From NCBI GenBank assembly GCA_040222015.1, contig JAVJWO010000090.1, forward strand, positions 1 to 61,995: a DNA stretch of 61,995 bases. Reading direction: 5' to 3'. Below, piece by piece: positions 19,202-32,188 of the stretch; the stretch's first letter is position 1; every line of letters starts with the position of its first letter. The translations under genes were made by a program, and so were the position numbers. The notes under the pieces were generated by a model. The model ran no database searches. It was not told the origin of the DNA and saw nothing but the letters and a program-made list of their open reading frames with translations. Source of the DNA: Coleofasciculus chthonoplastes F2-STO-03. Lineage in GTDB: Bacteria; Cyanobacteriota; Cyanobacteriia; Cyanobacteriales; Coleofasciculaceae.

Positions 19202-19555
19202 CTAACTTACCTTCATCTTAATCTGAGCCATCCACGCCGCCGTGCCAAACACACCAGCCAAAAGCGCCGGAACACTAAAATCCGCATCCAGCTTCTCCCA
19301 ATGCAACCCATCCCCCGATGGCGTCACTTCAACCTCAGCCAAATCCTCTGGAGAAGCACCTGCTAATCCTTGCGCCAATGCTGGGGGAAAGCTAAACGTC
19401 GCCCCACTCTTCAAATTAATTATCACGCGATCGCGACTTGGATCATAATACGCCGACTCCGCCCTCGGTTCAACAACATTGGCAATGTCTGCGGCTTCTC
19501 TTGCTTTTGCGATCGCGGTTTTGAACCTTGTCTCTTCCCCACCTGAATTAACCAT
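19202..19555 (-). CDS. DUF2442 family protein
   Basis: GLAGASPEDLAEVEVTPSGDGLHWEKLDADFSVP. Confidence 0.85.
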   Translation of the reverse strand: MVNSGGEETRFKTAIAKAREAADIANVVEPRAESAYYDPSRDRVIINLKSGATFSFPPALAQGLAGASPEDLAEVEVTPSGDGLHWEKLDADFSVPALLAGVFGTAAWMAQIKMKVS

Positions 19556-19625
19556 AAATTTTATCCCATTTTTTGAGTCGTTCTATTCGATGTTCAATTA
19601 CGATTTACAACGCTTTAACAGTCTA
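19551..19625 (-). pseudogene. Remnant 3' end of a DUF4160-like partner gene
   Basis: Degenerate ..IVIEHR..KWDKIYG* overlapping the DUF2442 start. Confidence 0.4.
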
Positions 19626-19630
19626 CCTTT

Positions 19631-20250
19631 TCAGATTGTCTCTCCCATAATTTGAGCAAGAGTGGTAAAGAGGCGATCGCAATTAGGCGCGGCTTTACGT
19701 ACCTTGGCAACATCCAATAATCCTAAAAGCTTTGAAGCGTGTTGTATCTTTTTGTATTCACCCTTGGATGTATGGCGAGTAGCTTGCTTTAAACTTGGCT
19801 CTAACGAATCCTTATCAATCTTCTCGACATTGGTATTTCTAGGAATTGAATTTTCTCTAAATCCTTTCCCATAGAATTTTTTGAGGGCATCAATATCGGC
19901 AATAAACCAAGCCTCCATTGCTTGCACCATTAAATAGCAATGGGTATCATCAACTCTAGGTGAATCCCAATTATCCCTAGATTTCAAATGCGCCCAAGGT
20001 CGTTTTTTACTGTTCCCTCTGAGTCAACCAGTAGGACATTGAAAGCATCAGGATAATCTTCTATAGCATTTTTGAAAGAGCTAAAAGCATTATTACGAGA
20101 ACCACAGACAATAATATCCCATTTGATTCGCTTGCTCCGCGCTATCTGCACCAGATCTCTCATAAACCCGCTAAATCCTTGCCGCATTTGCCTTTTTGTA
20201 TCCCGATCATCTCCACCCCCTTCTATGTAAATACGAATCTCTTTTACCAT
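19631..20250 (-). pseudogene. DUF4276-family (TOPRIM-like) gene split by a -1 frameshift
   Basis: IRIYIEGG..LLVDSEG (ORF 19984..20250) and MVQAMEAWFIAD (ORF 19631..19987) join if one A is added to the A6 tract at 20003-20008. Confidence 0.75.
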
Positions 20251-21434
20251 CGCGTTCCTCCAATCTCACCCATACTCCAGAGTTCACCTAAAGAATAATT
20301 TTCTAGCCACTTTTGCAACCGTTCAGGGTTAAGTCGGCGTAGATGAGTTCCTTGATAATCTCGCTCACACACCAAAACTGATTCAGGAGGAAGAGAGGAA
20401 ACTAAAGCCTCTGAATGCGTTGTAACAATTAACTGAGTTCGTTCAGACGCTTCGACTAACAAATCAGCAATGGTAGACATCATGTCAGGATGTAAGCCAA
20501 TCTCTGGTTCTTCAATACATATCAGTGGCGGTGGGGTGGGGTCAAGAAGTAAAGCCAGTAAAAATAGATAGCGCAGTGTACCATCAGATAAACGAGTTGC
20601 AGGGATTGGTTGAATTAAACCCTCCTCGCGGATAAATATTTGAACTGTACCGCCATAAATCTTTACGGATAGTTCTTCTGCTTCTTCGTAAAATGTTTTG
20701 AGTTTATCGATAATTGCTCGACTTCCTACTTGGTGCTGTAAGTTGTTCAAAACAAGTCCGAGATTACTCCCATCTTCTAGCAAAGGGTGTTCCGGTAAGT
20801 CAGCTTTCTGTGGCAATCTCGGTTCTGAATCTCGTCCGATATGCCAGTCACGATATAGACTAATCTGGGAAAATTGATTACCTATATAGGTAAGTTCAGG
20901 ATATTGATCTGGATCTTTCCTCTGAGATAAAACAGACTGATCGAGAATCAGATCGTCTCGACGTAGCGAACGTTGACTTCTTTGCCCATCAGATGGATTT
21001 TTAATGTTTAAAACTGGACGACCTTGTTGATAGCGATAATAAAAATAGACATCATCTTCACCGGGGTATGAGCATTCATTCTCCACCGCTTCATCGACTA
21101 ATTCTGGTTTTTGACCAACTACAGTTAAACCCATGCGATAGCGAAGCGGCATCAGTCCTTCTGGGTAATCTATAGTCACCTCAATTTTAGCTATTGGAAT
21201 TTCTTTTTGACCTTTCCAAAGTAAATTACTGACGCCTCCGCCTTTACGAATTGGGGCAGTTAAATCTGTGGGAGTTGCCTTCAGAAGTCCAATGGCTTCA
21301 ATTAAGTTCGACTTGCCAGATGCATTGGCACCAATTAGCACATTAAGGGGTTGGAGTTCGATTTCTTCACCCTCACTTCCGTAGGATAGTAAGTTTTGCA
21401 ATCGCATCGTGCGAATAAACTGTTTACCTTCCAT
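20244..21434 (-). CDS. ABC-type (AAA_21-like) ATPase
   Basis: GANASGKS, LSDGT, CIEEPEIGLHP, TTHS, LGELWSMGEIGG; overlaps the DUF4276 start. Confidence 0.9.
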   Translation of the reverse strand: MEGKQFIRTMRLQNLLSYGSEGEEIELQPLNVLIGANASGKSNLIEAIGLLKATPTDLTAPIRKGGGVSNLLWKGQKEIPIAKIEVTIDYPEGLMPLRYRMGLTVVGQKPELVDEAVENECSYPGEDDVYFYYRYQQGRPVLNIKNPSDGQRSQRSLRRDDLILDQSVLSQRKDPDQYPELTYIGNQFSQISLYRDWHIGRDSEPRLPQKADLPEHPLLEDGSNLGLVLNNLQHQVGSRAIIDKLKTFYEEAEELSVKIYGGTVQIFIREEGLIQPIPATRLSDGTLRYLFLLALLLDPTPPPLICIEEPEIGLHPDMMSTIADLLVEASERTQLIVTTHSEALVSSLPPESVLVCERDYQGTHLRRLNPERLQKWLENYSLGELWSMGEIGGTRW

Positions 21435-21466
21435 TTCTTTAGTTTAGCTTTTATTTATTACCTGTT

Positions 21467-21530
21467 ATAATAAGCCGACTCCGCCCTAGGTTCAACAGCA
21501 TTGGCAATGTCTGCGGCTTCTCTTGCTTTT
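21467..21530 (-). pseudogene. Second internal fragment of the DUF2442 gene
   Basis: 64 bp matching 19445-19508 with 3 mismatches. Confidence 0.8.
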
Positions 21531-21678
21531 TATTATCACTGCTGTCTGTGAATGTTGTCTTATCCAAACCTAAACCCGTCGTCGTAGAGATGTCTATGCT
21601 GCGTCTAAAGGCTGACCTATCAATTCAAGGTTAAGGTATGGACAAGATAAGCGTGCGATCGCGTCCTAAAATAGGAGA

Positions 21679-22674
21679 ATGCGAAACCAACTCCCCTACC
21701 TTGATTTCCTCTCTCAAGAACTTCAACTTCCCCCCATTGATGCGACAGCACCTTTGGTGATTGAGCTGTTTGCTGGCTGTGGGGGACTAGCACTCGGTTT
21801 TGAAGCCGCAGGATTTAGAACTATCGGTTATGAAAAATTAGCAGACGCCTGCACCACTTATCAACAGAACTTGCAGGGTTTCTGTTATCAAACCACGCTA
21901 ACACGCCAACCTGATTTAGTTGATGGAGCTGATGTCATCATTGGTGGTCCACCCTGTCAACCTTTTAGTGTTGGTGGACATCAACGGGGACTCCAAGACA
22001 GTCGCGATGGTTTTCCTATATTTCTTGACGCGGTTAAATCCTATCGCCCCCAGCTTGCCTTGTTTGAAAACGTGCGGGGAATGTTATTTCGCAATAAAAG
22101 CTATTTTGAAGAAATTGTCAGCGCTCTCAGGGAACTAGGATATATCGTTGAATGGGATATCCTCAACGCCGCAGATTATGGTGTTCCTCAGCGAAGAGAA
22201 CGTCTGTTTTGTGTGGCTCACCGAGGCGGATGGAAATGGCATCCCAAAACACATAAGAATTCACCGTATACGGCTGGTGAAGCACTGGGAGAACTCGCAT
22301 TAATTGTACCATCAAACGCTAAGTTTCTCACTCCCAGCATGGATGAATATATCAAAAAATACGAGAGAGCTTCTAAGTGTGTTAGACCCAGAGATTTACA
22401 CCTTAATGCCCCGTCTAGAACGGTTACTTGCCGCAATTTAAGCGCTCCAACAGGTGATATGTTGCGTATTCGCTTACCCGATGGACGTAGACGACGGTTA
22501 ACGGTTCGTGAAGGAGCGCGTTTGCAAAGTTTTCCGGATTGGTTTGAATTCAAGGGTAATGAAGAAAGCCAATGTAACCAAATTGGCAATGCTGTTCCTC
22601 CCATTTTGGCAAAAGCTTTAGCCTGTTCTATCAAAGCCTATTTACAAAAAAATGTAGTGGTTCTCAAGGGTTAA
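21679..22674 (+). CDS. DNA (cytosine-5) methyltransferase
   Basis: LFAGCGG, GGPPCQPFS, ENV, QRRER, QIGNAVPP. Confidence 0.95.
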   Translation: MRNQLPYLDFLSQELQLPPIDATAPLVIELFAGCGGLALGFEAAGFRTIGYEKLADACTTYQQNLQGFCYQTTLTRQPDLVDGADVIIGGPPCQPFSVGGHQRGLQDSRDGFPIFLDAVKSYRPQLALFENVRGMLFRNKSYFEEIVSALRELGYIVEWDILNAADYGVPQRRERLFCVAHRGGWKWHPKTHKNSPYTAGEALGELALIVPSNAKFLTPSMDEYIKKYERASKCVRPRDLHLNAPSRTVTCRNLSAPTGDMLRIRLPDGRRRRLTVREGARLQSFPDWFEFKGNEESQCNQIGNAVPPILAKALACSIKAYLQKNVVVLKG

Positions 22675-22719
22675 TAGTACACACAAATGTAGGGACACAA
22701 TCCTTGCTTTCTCGCAGAA

Positions 22720-22817
22720 GTAGAATGTCACTGAATTAATCTGGGTTCGTAGTAGGCACTTTAGTGCCAGAAGCGCTAAAGCGCTTACTACAAACTCTAA
22801 AGTCAGTGCCATTCCAC
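22720..22817. mobile_element. MITE-like element with internal REP-like hairpins
   Basis: GTAGAATGTCACTGA..TCAGTGCCATTCCAC inverted ends; internal GTAGTAGGCACTTTAGTGCC..AAGCGCTAAAGCGCTTACTAC. Confidence 0.6.
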
Positions 22818-22883
22818 ATAAGTACCTGATTATTTATTAATTATCTAAAGTGGTATAATCTTTCTATCCTTTAGAATTTATCA

Positions 22884-24065
22884 ATGAGCATTCGCCCAAA
22901 ACTATTCTCTTTCTTTGCTGGAACTGGATTTCTCGATTTGGGCTTTGAAGCCAGTGGTTTTGATATCGTGTATGTCAATGAAATTAATCCCTCCTATATG
23001 GAGGCTTACCGTTACTCTAGACAAGTTCTGAATCTGCCCTTACCCGAATACGGATACCATTATGCCGACAATGGAAACGTTGAGCAACTTACAGAAGGGG
23101 AACAAGCCCTACGTCTCTGGTATTTAATCCAGGATGCTCGGAAATCTACAGATATTGTCGGTTTTATTGGCGGACCTCCCTGTCCAGACTTTTCAGTTGG
23201 GGGGAAAAATCGAGGTAAGGACGGCGATAATGGTAAGCTTTCTGCTGCTTATGTTGAATTAATTTGCCAACATCAACCGGATTTCTTTTTATTTGAGAAT
23301 GTTAAAGGATTGTGGAAAACGAAAAAACATCGCCTTTTTTTTGAACAGCTTAAAGAAAAGCTAAATCAATCCGGTTATCTCTTAACAGAGCGTCTGATCA
23401 ATGCCATAGAATACGGCGTTCCTCAAGATAGGGAGAGGATTATCCTGCTGGGATTTCGTCAGAGTTTAATTAGAGATATAGAACTCCCCGTTGAGCCAAG
23501 TGCAAAATTCATACCTGAAGGGGTTTTTCCCTGGACGACTTATATTTTATATCCGAAGCAGACCGTTTTTTCTTGTCCTTGGGCTGCGACTGATTCATTT
23601 CAGGAAAATTCGCATCTACCTTGCTCTAATGAGATTATTCAGGAACTAACGGTTGAATATTGGTTTAGGCAAAACGATATCCTCAACCATGGGAATGCTC
23701 AACATCATTTTAAGCCGAGAGCTGGTCTCAAGCGATTTCTTTCTGTGGCGGAGGGAGATGATTCCAGAAAGTCATACAAACGTCTTCACCGATGGCGTTA
23801 CTCTCCTACGGCTTGTTACGGAAATAACGAAGTCCACTTACATCCTTATAAAGCGCGTCGCTTATCTGTTGCTGAATCGCTTGCTATACAATCTTTACCT
23901 AAAACTTTTGTCCTTCCCGATAAAATGTCACTGACCAATATGTTTAAAACAATTGGTAATGGTGTTCCTTACTTAGCATCCAAGGCTATTGCTCAAAGTA
24001 TTCTAGACTTTTTGTCAACAAGCGAATGGCATTACGAACAGACTATAAGTGACACATTAGATTAG
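22884..24065 (+). CDS. DNA (cytosine-5) methyltransferase
   Basis: FFAGTG, GGPPCPDFS, ENVKG, QDRER, IGNGVP. Confidence 0.95.
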   Translation: MSIRPKLFSFFAGTGFLDLGFEASGFDIVYVNEINPSYMEAYRYSRQVLNLPLPEYGYHYADNGNVEQLTEGEQALRLWYLIQDARKSTDIVGFIGGPPCPDFSVGGKNRGKDGDNGKLSAAYVELICQHQPDFFLFENVKGLWKTKKHRLFFEQLKEKLNQSGYLLTERLINAIEYGVPQDRERIILLGFRQSLIRDIELPVEPSAKFIPEGVFPWTTYILYPKQTVFSCPWAATDSFQENSHLPCSNEIIQELTVEYWFRQNDILNHGNAQHHFKPRAGLKRFLSVAEGDDSRKSYKRLHRWRYSPTACYGNNEVHLHPYKARRLSVAESLAIQSLPKTFVLPDKMSLTNMFKTIGNGVPYLASKAIAQSILDFLSTSEWHYEQTISDTLD

Positions 24066-24096
24066 TACTGTAGTTACTTGACCGACGCTCTAGGGG

Positions 24097-26295
<2,199 letters not shown>

Positions 26296-26425
26296 GGATT
26301 TATGCTTATGTTTACTATTAGATAATTGGGTATTATATAGCAACCGCCATGGCTGTTAGGACACATCATTTATGTAGAGACGTTGCATTTTAGTCTCTAC
26401 CACTTTGGATAGGATATGGTTCACA

Positions 26426-29400
26426 TCAATCAGTGATCTGGATCTGAATCCAGAACTCTGTTCCTTGTCCCGGTTCAGAATAACATTTGAGAATACCGCC
26501 ATGTTTTTCGACAACAATCTGGTGACTAATTGACAACCCTAACCCTGTTCCCTTACCCACCGGTTTTGTGGTAAAGAAGGGATCAAATAAACGATTGCGG
26601 ACAGTTTCGCTGATTCCGGGTCCATTATCGCGAATCCGAATCACGGCTTGATTCTTGTCTACAACCTCGGTGCTAATCCAAATCGTTGGGTTAAGGTTTA
26701 ATTGGCTCTTTTCTGTTGCACTTGCCCCGGCTTTGATTAAACCATCGAAGGCGTCAATGGCATTGCTAATAATATTCATAAACACTTGATTCAGTTGACC
26801 CGCATAACAGGCAACCGCAGGCAATTCCCCGTATTCTTTGATCAGCGTAATTCCTGGAGAATTCCCACAAGGTTTCATCCGGTTGCGAAGAATCAATAAG
26901 GTGCTATCAATGCCTTCATGAATATTAACTGCCTTCATTTCGGCTTGATCGAGCCGCGAAAAATTCCGCAAGGAAATCACAATCTCTTGAATCCGATCGG
27001 CTCCCATCTTCATTGAGGAGAGCATTTTCGGTAAGTCTTCGATGAGGAAGGATAATTCAATGTCTTCTATCAACTCTTGAATATCAGGCTGGGGATTGGG
27101 ATAAGATTGTTGATAACATTCGATGAGTTGTAATAAGTCGCCAATATAGTTGGTCGTATGGCTGAGATTCCCGGTGATAAAATTAACCGGATTATTGATT
27201 TCATGGGCGATTCCGGCTACCATTTGACCGATCGTAGACATTTTCTCGGTCTGAATTAACAGGGATTGGGTTTGCCGCAATTCGTGTAAGGCTTGCTCTA
27301 ATTGGTTTGCCTGGGTTTGAGCCGCTTGCGCCGCTGCCCGGGTTTCGGCAAATAATTCCGCATGTTCGATCGCGATCGCGAGTTGATCCACGACAGCTTG
27401 CAGTAATTTAACTTCGCGATCGCTCCATTGCCGCGAACCCCGATAATGACTACAGATAATTGCCCCCAGTTGTCCGGTTTTGGTTTGGAGTGGTAACACT
27501 AACCCTGAAGTAATTCCCCAATCAGCGAGTAGCGATCGGGTTTCGGGGGCTAAGTTTTGGGTTTGGCTGACATCATCAATTCGTAGAGGATGTAATCGGT
27601 GAATAATGTCCGCTAAGGGGGCAAGTTGTGGGGGAAGACAGTCGCCTAATAAACTGGGTAAATTGGGATCTCGTGCTTCATGGGTAACGCTTAAACTTGG
27701 TTGATCGGAGTTGTAATTTAACCACAAAAAGTGGCAGCCGTCAACCTCTAGCAATCCCCGAATTTCGGTGACGGCGATTGCGAGAATCGTATCGAGTTCT
27801 AGGGAATTGCGAATTTGGCTAGCTAACTGAAACAGTAAGGCTTCCCGGCGACTGAGGAGTTCTTCGCGTACCCAAATCCGGTCAATAGCTACCGCGATCG
27901 CATTCGCCACCCATCCCAATACTCCTTGTACGATTTTAGAGAAGGGTTGGCAACTATGTAAGGCAATAAACCCAACTAGATGAGATTCGACAATCAGGGG
28001 ATAAATTCCGATAAAGGTTTTGTTGGACAAGTCATGTCCCGGCGTTAAGATCGGACGATGAATTGGCTTCAAGGTTTGGGCGACTTTGGCGATTAAGCCT
28101 TGGTTGGTGAGGATGCGTTGAGGGAATAGGTGTGTGGGTAACTGTTCACCACTATGCGCCTGCAATTCTAAGACTAAGGGCATTTGCGTCTCGTCTGTGA
28201 TCCCCGCCACTGTCCAAATCCCAGCACTCAAGGCGTTTAGATGGCGAATCATGGCTTCGGTACAGCGTTTAAGACTTTCGCCTAGACTACCATTTTGTCC
28301 CACCAGAACAGCGCCAATATCGGCTTCTAAGGTAGACAGACGCGATCGTTCTAGCAGACTGGCTTTTCGTTGCTTGGTGTTAGTAATATCACGGGCGATC
28401 GCATGGACAACATCGGCTTCAGCTAAAGGCAGACAGTTCCAAGCCAACCACTTATACGATCCATCTTTACAGCGATAACGATGCTCAAAGTAACTATCCG
28501 ATGAACTATCTAAAAGGGTTTGCCAAACTGTTAATGTTGCTTTGTAATCATGGGGATGGACGAAATCGAGAAATGCTTTGGGAACTAAGTTCTCCGAGGT
28601 ATAGGCGAGGATAGTTTCAAAGGCAGGATTAATTCGTTTAAATCGACCATCGAAACCAATCACTGCCATCAAATCAGGTGAGAGGCTAAAAAAACGATCC
28701 AGTTCAATCTGGGCTTGTTTTTGTTCAGTGATATCCTTACAAATCGAGATATATTCATAAGGATGACCTTGCTCATCAACCAAGGGTACGATTGTCGTAT
28801 CAACCCAATAGAGGTTGCCATCTTTGGCACGATCTTGGATATCGCCTCGCCAGATTTTACCCTGGGAAATCGTGTTCCACAAGTCCTGAAAAAACTGCGG
28901 GGGATGATAGCCAGAATTAAGTAAATGATGGTCAGCACCGTAAAGTTCATCCCTGGAATAGTGCGAAATCTGGCAAAATTTATCGTTAACGTAACGAATC
29001 TTACCGTGAGGATCGGTAATTGCCACAATTGACGCCTGCTCCAGCGCCACCTTCATATCAACCAGGTTTTGAGGAGACGTTTTTAAGGCTTTTTCCAGGC
29101 GTTGACACTGATGCACCTGGGTTTCCAAATCGATCACTTTCTTTTGCCATTCTAACTGCGCGATCGCCTGTCGGCTTAATGCGGTTAGGGCATCCTTTTG
29201 TTGTCCGGTTAACTGTCGCGGCACTCGGTCAATCACTACTAAAATACCGACCGTTTCATGTTGAGGGGTAACTAAGGGAACGGCGGCATAAAATCGGATT
29301 GGGAGTAACGTTATCTGAGACTCAGATCCGGCTAGAGTATCTTCGACCACTAATAACGGCTTATTTTCTGTTATTATCTCCTGGCGGATTTGGCGACAAA

Positions 29401-29662
29401 ACTCTAAGTATTGCCCTGTGGAATCGGTGTCTAAACCCACCTGTGAAGGCAACCACTGACCTTTGGCATCACAGAGACTAATCAGGGCGATCGGAGCTTG
29501 GACAACGCTAGCAGCTAAACGAGTTAAATCCTCAAATGTTGCCTTAGCCGCCGCATCAATATGGCGATCTGGATAGAGTTGCTCAAGGTTGACTGTGGTG
29601 TTACTCAATACTAGCGTGTTCATTAAAATACTACTCCTTACCCTTGTCAAAGCCAGATGCAC
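26426..29662 (-). CDS. Multi-sensor (GAF/PAS) histidine kinase
   Basis: GAF and PAS repeats; [11 protein letters not shown]-box; [27 protein letters not shown]. Confidence 0.93.
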   Translation of the reverse strand: MHLALTRVRSSILMNTLVLSNTTVNLEQLYPDRHIDAAAKATFEDLTRLAASVVQAPIALISLCDAKGQWLPSQVGLDTDSTGQYLEFCRQIRQEIITENKPLLVVEDTLAGSESQITLLPIRFYAAVPLVTPQHETVGILVVIDRVPRQLTGQQKDALTALSRQAIAQLEWQKKVIDLETQVHQCQRLEKALKTSPQNLVDMKVALEQASIVAITDPHGKIRYVNDKFCQISHYSRDELYGADHHLLNSGYHPPQFFQDLWNTISQGKIWRGDIQDRAKDGNLYWVDTTIVPLVDEQGHPYEYISICKDITEQKQAQIELDRFFSLSPDLMAVIGFDGRFKRINPAFETILAYTSENLVPKAFLDFVHPHDYKATLTVWQTLLDSSSDSYFEHRYRCKDGSYKWLAWNCLPLAEADVVHAIARDITNTKQRKASLLERSRLSTLEADIGAVLVGQNGSLGESLKRCTEAMIRHLNALSAGIWTVAGITDETQMPLVLELQAHSGEQLPTHLFPQRILTNQGLIAKVAQTLKPIHRPILTPGHDLSNKTFIGIYPLIVESHLVGFIALHSCQPFSKIVQGVLGWVANAIAVAIDRIWVREELLSRREALLFQLASQIRNSLELDTILAIAVTEIRGLLEVDGCHFLWLNYNSDQPSLSVTHEARDPNLPSLLGDCLPPQLAPLADIIHRLHPLRIDDVSQTQNLAPETRSLLADWGITSGLVLPLQTKTGQLGAIICSHYRGSRQWSDREVKLLQAVVDQLAIAIEHAELFAETRAAAQAAQTQANQLEQALHELRQTQSLLIQTEKMSTIGQMVAGIAHEINNPVNFITGNLSHTTNYIGDLLQLIECYQQSYPNPQPDIQELIEDIELSFLIEDLPKMLSSMKMGADRIQEIVISLRNFSRLDQAEMKAVNIHEGIDSTLLILRNRMKPCGNSPGITLIKEYGELPAVACYAGQLNQVFMNIISNAIDAFDGLIKAGASATEKSQLNLNPTIWISTEVVDKNQAVIRIRDNGPGISETVRNRLFDPFFTTKPVGKGTGLGLSISHQIVVEKHGGILKCYSEPGQGTEFWIQIQITD

Positions 29663-30292
29663 GAGTGTTACGTCCTTGCCATGGAGGTGATGACTCCAGT
29701 TTGATCGATGTTGTCTGGTTGAGCAAACCCTATCCTGGCTTCAAGATAGGACAATATGTATATAGCTTAAACACATTAGGAAACTCTTGTTTAAAGAAGG
29801 GCTTTAGTGTACTATTCGGGTTAGCCCAACCAAATCCTTGTCTGCTCAAGGTAGGTATGCCTGTGCATAAACCTACTCTTTGGTCAAGGTCGTCGCTACC
29901 AAAATTAACATCTATACCTCGATTCAGACTTCCGCTTTCTTGGCTATCCAGGTGCTGCTGGGAAAGACGCTGGCAAAGAAAATCCACAATGTTTCCCCTA
30001 TTCAATTGTTACGTTAGCACCAAGGTAATACGTTTTATCACATAACAACAAGGGAGAGGTTGCGCTCCAGGAAAGGGGTGGGGAAAAGAGGTTAACCATG
30101 TTTCTCCTACTTTGGCAACGTGCAAGTTCATGCTTATGAGGCGTTTACCGCTTCTGATCAGGGGCATTGTGTTACGATCTTAACCAATTTTAGGATAGCT
30201 TTACATTTTCTTCATAAAAATGGGTGAGCGACCCGCTATCATCTTTAGTTCAGGGCTTAATTCAGTGCCATTCAAAATTGGATTGAGGTGAA

Positions 30293-30859
30293 GTGTTCTA
30301 CCAAATTTGGCAACGTTGTTTCTGGGGAGTGTCATTATTCCTCAGTGTTTTCAGTGTGGCGGTAGGGGTTGAAGCTCAACCTGCACCCGTGTTTATTCCG
30401 TTTATGGAACGTATCCAAAGAAATTTGCCTGTGGGGTTAGCCATGCGCTTACCTACTCAGTTACGGGTGAATGATATGTTGGATATTGATCCAAACCAAC
30501 TGATTGTGCGAGTTTTTCCCTCCCAAGCCCCCTCTAGTTATACCGTGAGTCTGTTTACCTGCGATCGCACTCCGAATTCCTGCTTACTGGGTAGCTTTTC
30601 GGTAAACCCCAAGGAGTCGGCGAGTGCGCGGCGTGATCTGGAGCGTCATGAAACCCTAGGCGATCGCATTACTCTCACCCCTACCGTGGCTGGATATCTG
30701 ATTGAAGGTCCGACTCAAAATCCATCCTATCCTTTCTCCACGGTAATGTGGCAGCAAAATAATATGATTTACACGATTAGCTTTCCTGCCATTGAACGGC
30801 AGAATATTCTTTACATGGCGCTTTCTATGGCAAGGGAACAAGGGTTTTATCGTCGTTAG
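30293..30859 (+). CDS. Hypothetical secreted protein
   Basis: 188 aa ORF with signal-peptide-like N-terminus (VEA-Q). Confidence 0.65.
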   Translation: MFYQIWQRCFWGVSLFLSVFSVAVGVEAQPAPVFIPFMERIQRNLPVGLAMRLPTQLRVNDMLDIDPNQLIVRVFPSQAPSSYTVSLFTCDRTPNSCLLGSFSVNPKESASARRDLERHETLGDRITLTPTVAGYLIEGPTQNPSYPFSTVMWQQNNMIYTISFPAIERQNILYMALSMAREQGFYRR

Positions 30860-30865
30860 TTATTT

Positions 30866-30980
30866 GTCATTCGTCATTTGTCATTCGTCATTCGTCGTTA
30901 GTTATTTGTCATTCGTCATTCGTCATTCGTCATTCGTCATTCGTCATTTGTCATTCGTCATTCGTCATTGGTCATTCGTC
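30866..30980. repeat. Heptamer short tandem repeat (GTCATTC/GTCATTT), STRR-type
   Basis: Direct tandem units between convergent genes; a shorter run at 45934-45959. Confidence 0.9.
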
Positions 30981-31008
30981 AGGTAAAAGAGAATTAGGAA
31001 TAGGGAAT

Positions 31009-32103
31009 TCATAATTTATCACTCAAAACTTGGCGAATGACATCGGCTGGAACTTGATCGGTTATGGTGACATGACCGATTTCAGTGGGCAGAATAAATC
31101 GTACTTTGCCATCTTTCACTTTCTTATCCGTTTGTAAGGTATCGATAATCGCATCAATATCCAATCCCGATGGTAATTGAGTCGGTAATCCGGCTTTCTC
31201 AATTAACGCCTTTTGACGTTCTGCTTCCTGCGGTGTCCACATCTGAAGTTCTACCGCAATTTGACCCGCCGCCACCATGCCAATCGCCACAGCTTCGCCA
31301 TGATTAACGACTTTATAGCCGGTTAAACTTTCGACCGCATGACCAATTGTGTGACCATAATTTAAAATTGCTCTTAATCCGGCTTCTTTCTCATCCTGAC
31401 TAACAACATCGGCTTTGGCTTGGCAGGAGGAGGATAAAATAAAGGACAATAATTCATCATCTAAATACCGCCGTTGATCGAGACGTTTAGTATTCTCCAA
31501 CTTGGTAAATAATTCAGCATCCCAGATTACGCCATATTTAATCACCTCTGCCATTCCCGCCCGTAATTCTCGTGGGGGTAAGGTTTGTAAGACTTGCGGA
31601 TCAATTAACACAAATTGGGGTTGGTGAAAGGCACCAATTAAGTTTTTGCCTTGGGGATGGTTTACCCCTGTTTTACCGCCAATGGCTGCATCTACCATAG
31701 CTAACAGGGAGGTGGGAACTTGCACCACATTAATCCCCCGTAACCAGGTAGCCGCCGCAAACCCGGTCATATCCCCAATTACGCCTCCCCCTAAAGCTAC
31801 CATGGTTGAAGAGCGTTCTAAGCGGTTCTGGAGGGCGGCATCGTGGATTTTTTGAATGGATTTGAGGGTTTTGTACCGTTCGCCTGGGGGTAGGGTACAA
31901 TGAGACACCTGATAACCGACTAATTTCAGCGCCGCGATCGCGCGTTCCCCGTAGCGGCGAAAGATGGCGGGATTGGAAACCAGGAGAACCTTTTTCCCTA
32001 GTTTCAGCCGACTCATCCAGACGCCGATATCATCCAAGCTTCCTGGCGCGATCGCAATATCATAAGACTGCGGCGGTACTTCAACCCGAATCACTGACTT
32101 CAT
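31009..32103 (-). CDS. aroB: 3-dehydroquinate synthase
   Basis: [43 protein letters not shown]. Confidence 0.97.
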   Translation of the reverse strand: MKSVIRVEVPPQSYDIAIAPGSLDDIGVWMSRLKLGKKVLLVSNPAIFRRYGERAIAALKLVGYQVSHCTLPPGERYKTLKSIQKIHDAALQNRLERSSTMVALGGGVIGDMTGFAAATWLRGINVVQVPTSLLAMVDAAIGGKTGVNHPQGKNLIGAFHQPQFVLIDPQVLQTLPPRELRAGMAEVIKYGVIWDAELFTKLENTKRLDQRRYLDDELLSFILSSSCQAKADVVSQDEKEAGLRAILNYGHTIGHAVESLTGYKVVNHGEAVAIGMVAAGQIAVELQMWTPQEAERQKALIEKAGLPTQLPSGLDIDAIIDTLQTDKKVKDGKVRFILPTEIGHVTITDQVPADVIRQVLSDKL

Positions 32104-32188
32104 CTGATTTTCTCAAGCAACTGTGGGCTGTATTTTATCCCACTTAATGATTTAATAGTCTAATAAGACGTTTTTGAGAGAACGGTAA

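Noticed and set aside
21679..24065. Type II restriction-modification system
   Set aside because: No endonuclease ORF between or beside the two methyltransferases
24066..24080. LexA box before recQ (AGTACTGTAGTTACT)
   Set aside because: The right half and spacing do not fit RGTAC-N3-DGTWCB
29644..30045. Overlapping ORFs upstream of the histidine kinase (also 51750..52085, 55970..56316)
   Set aside because: No recognisable motifs or ribosome-binding sites; probably intergenic regulatory DNA
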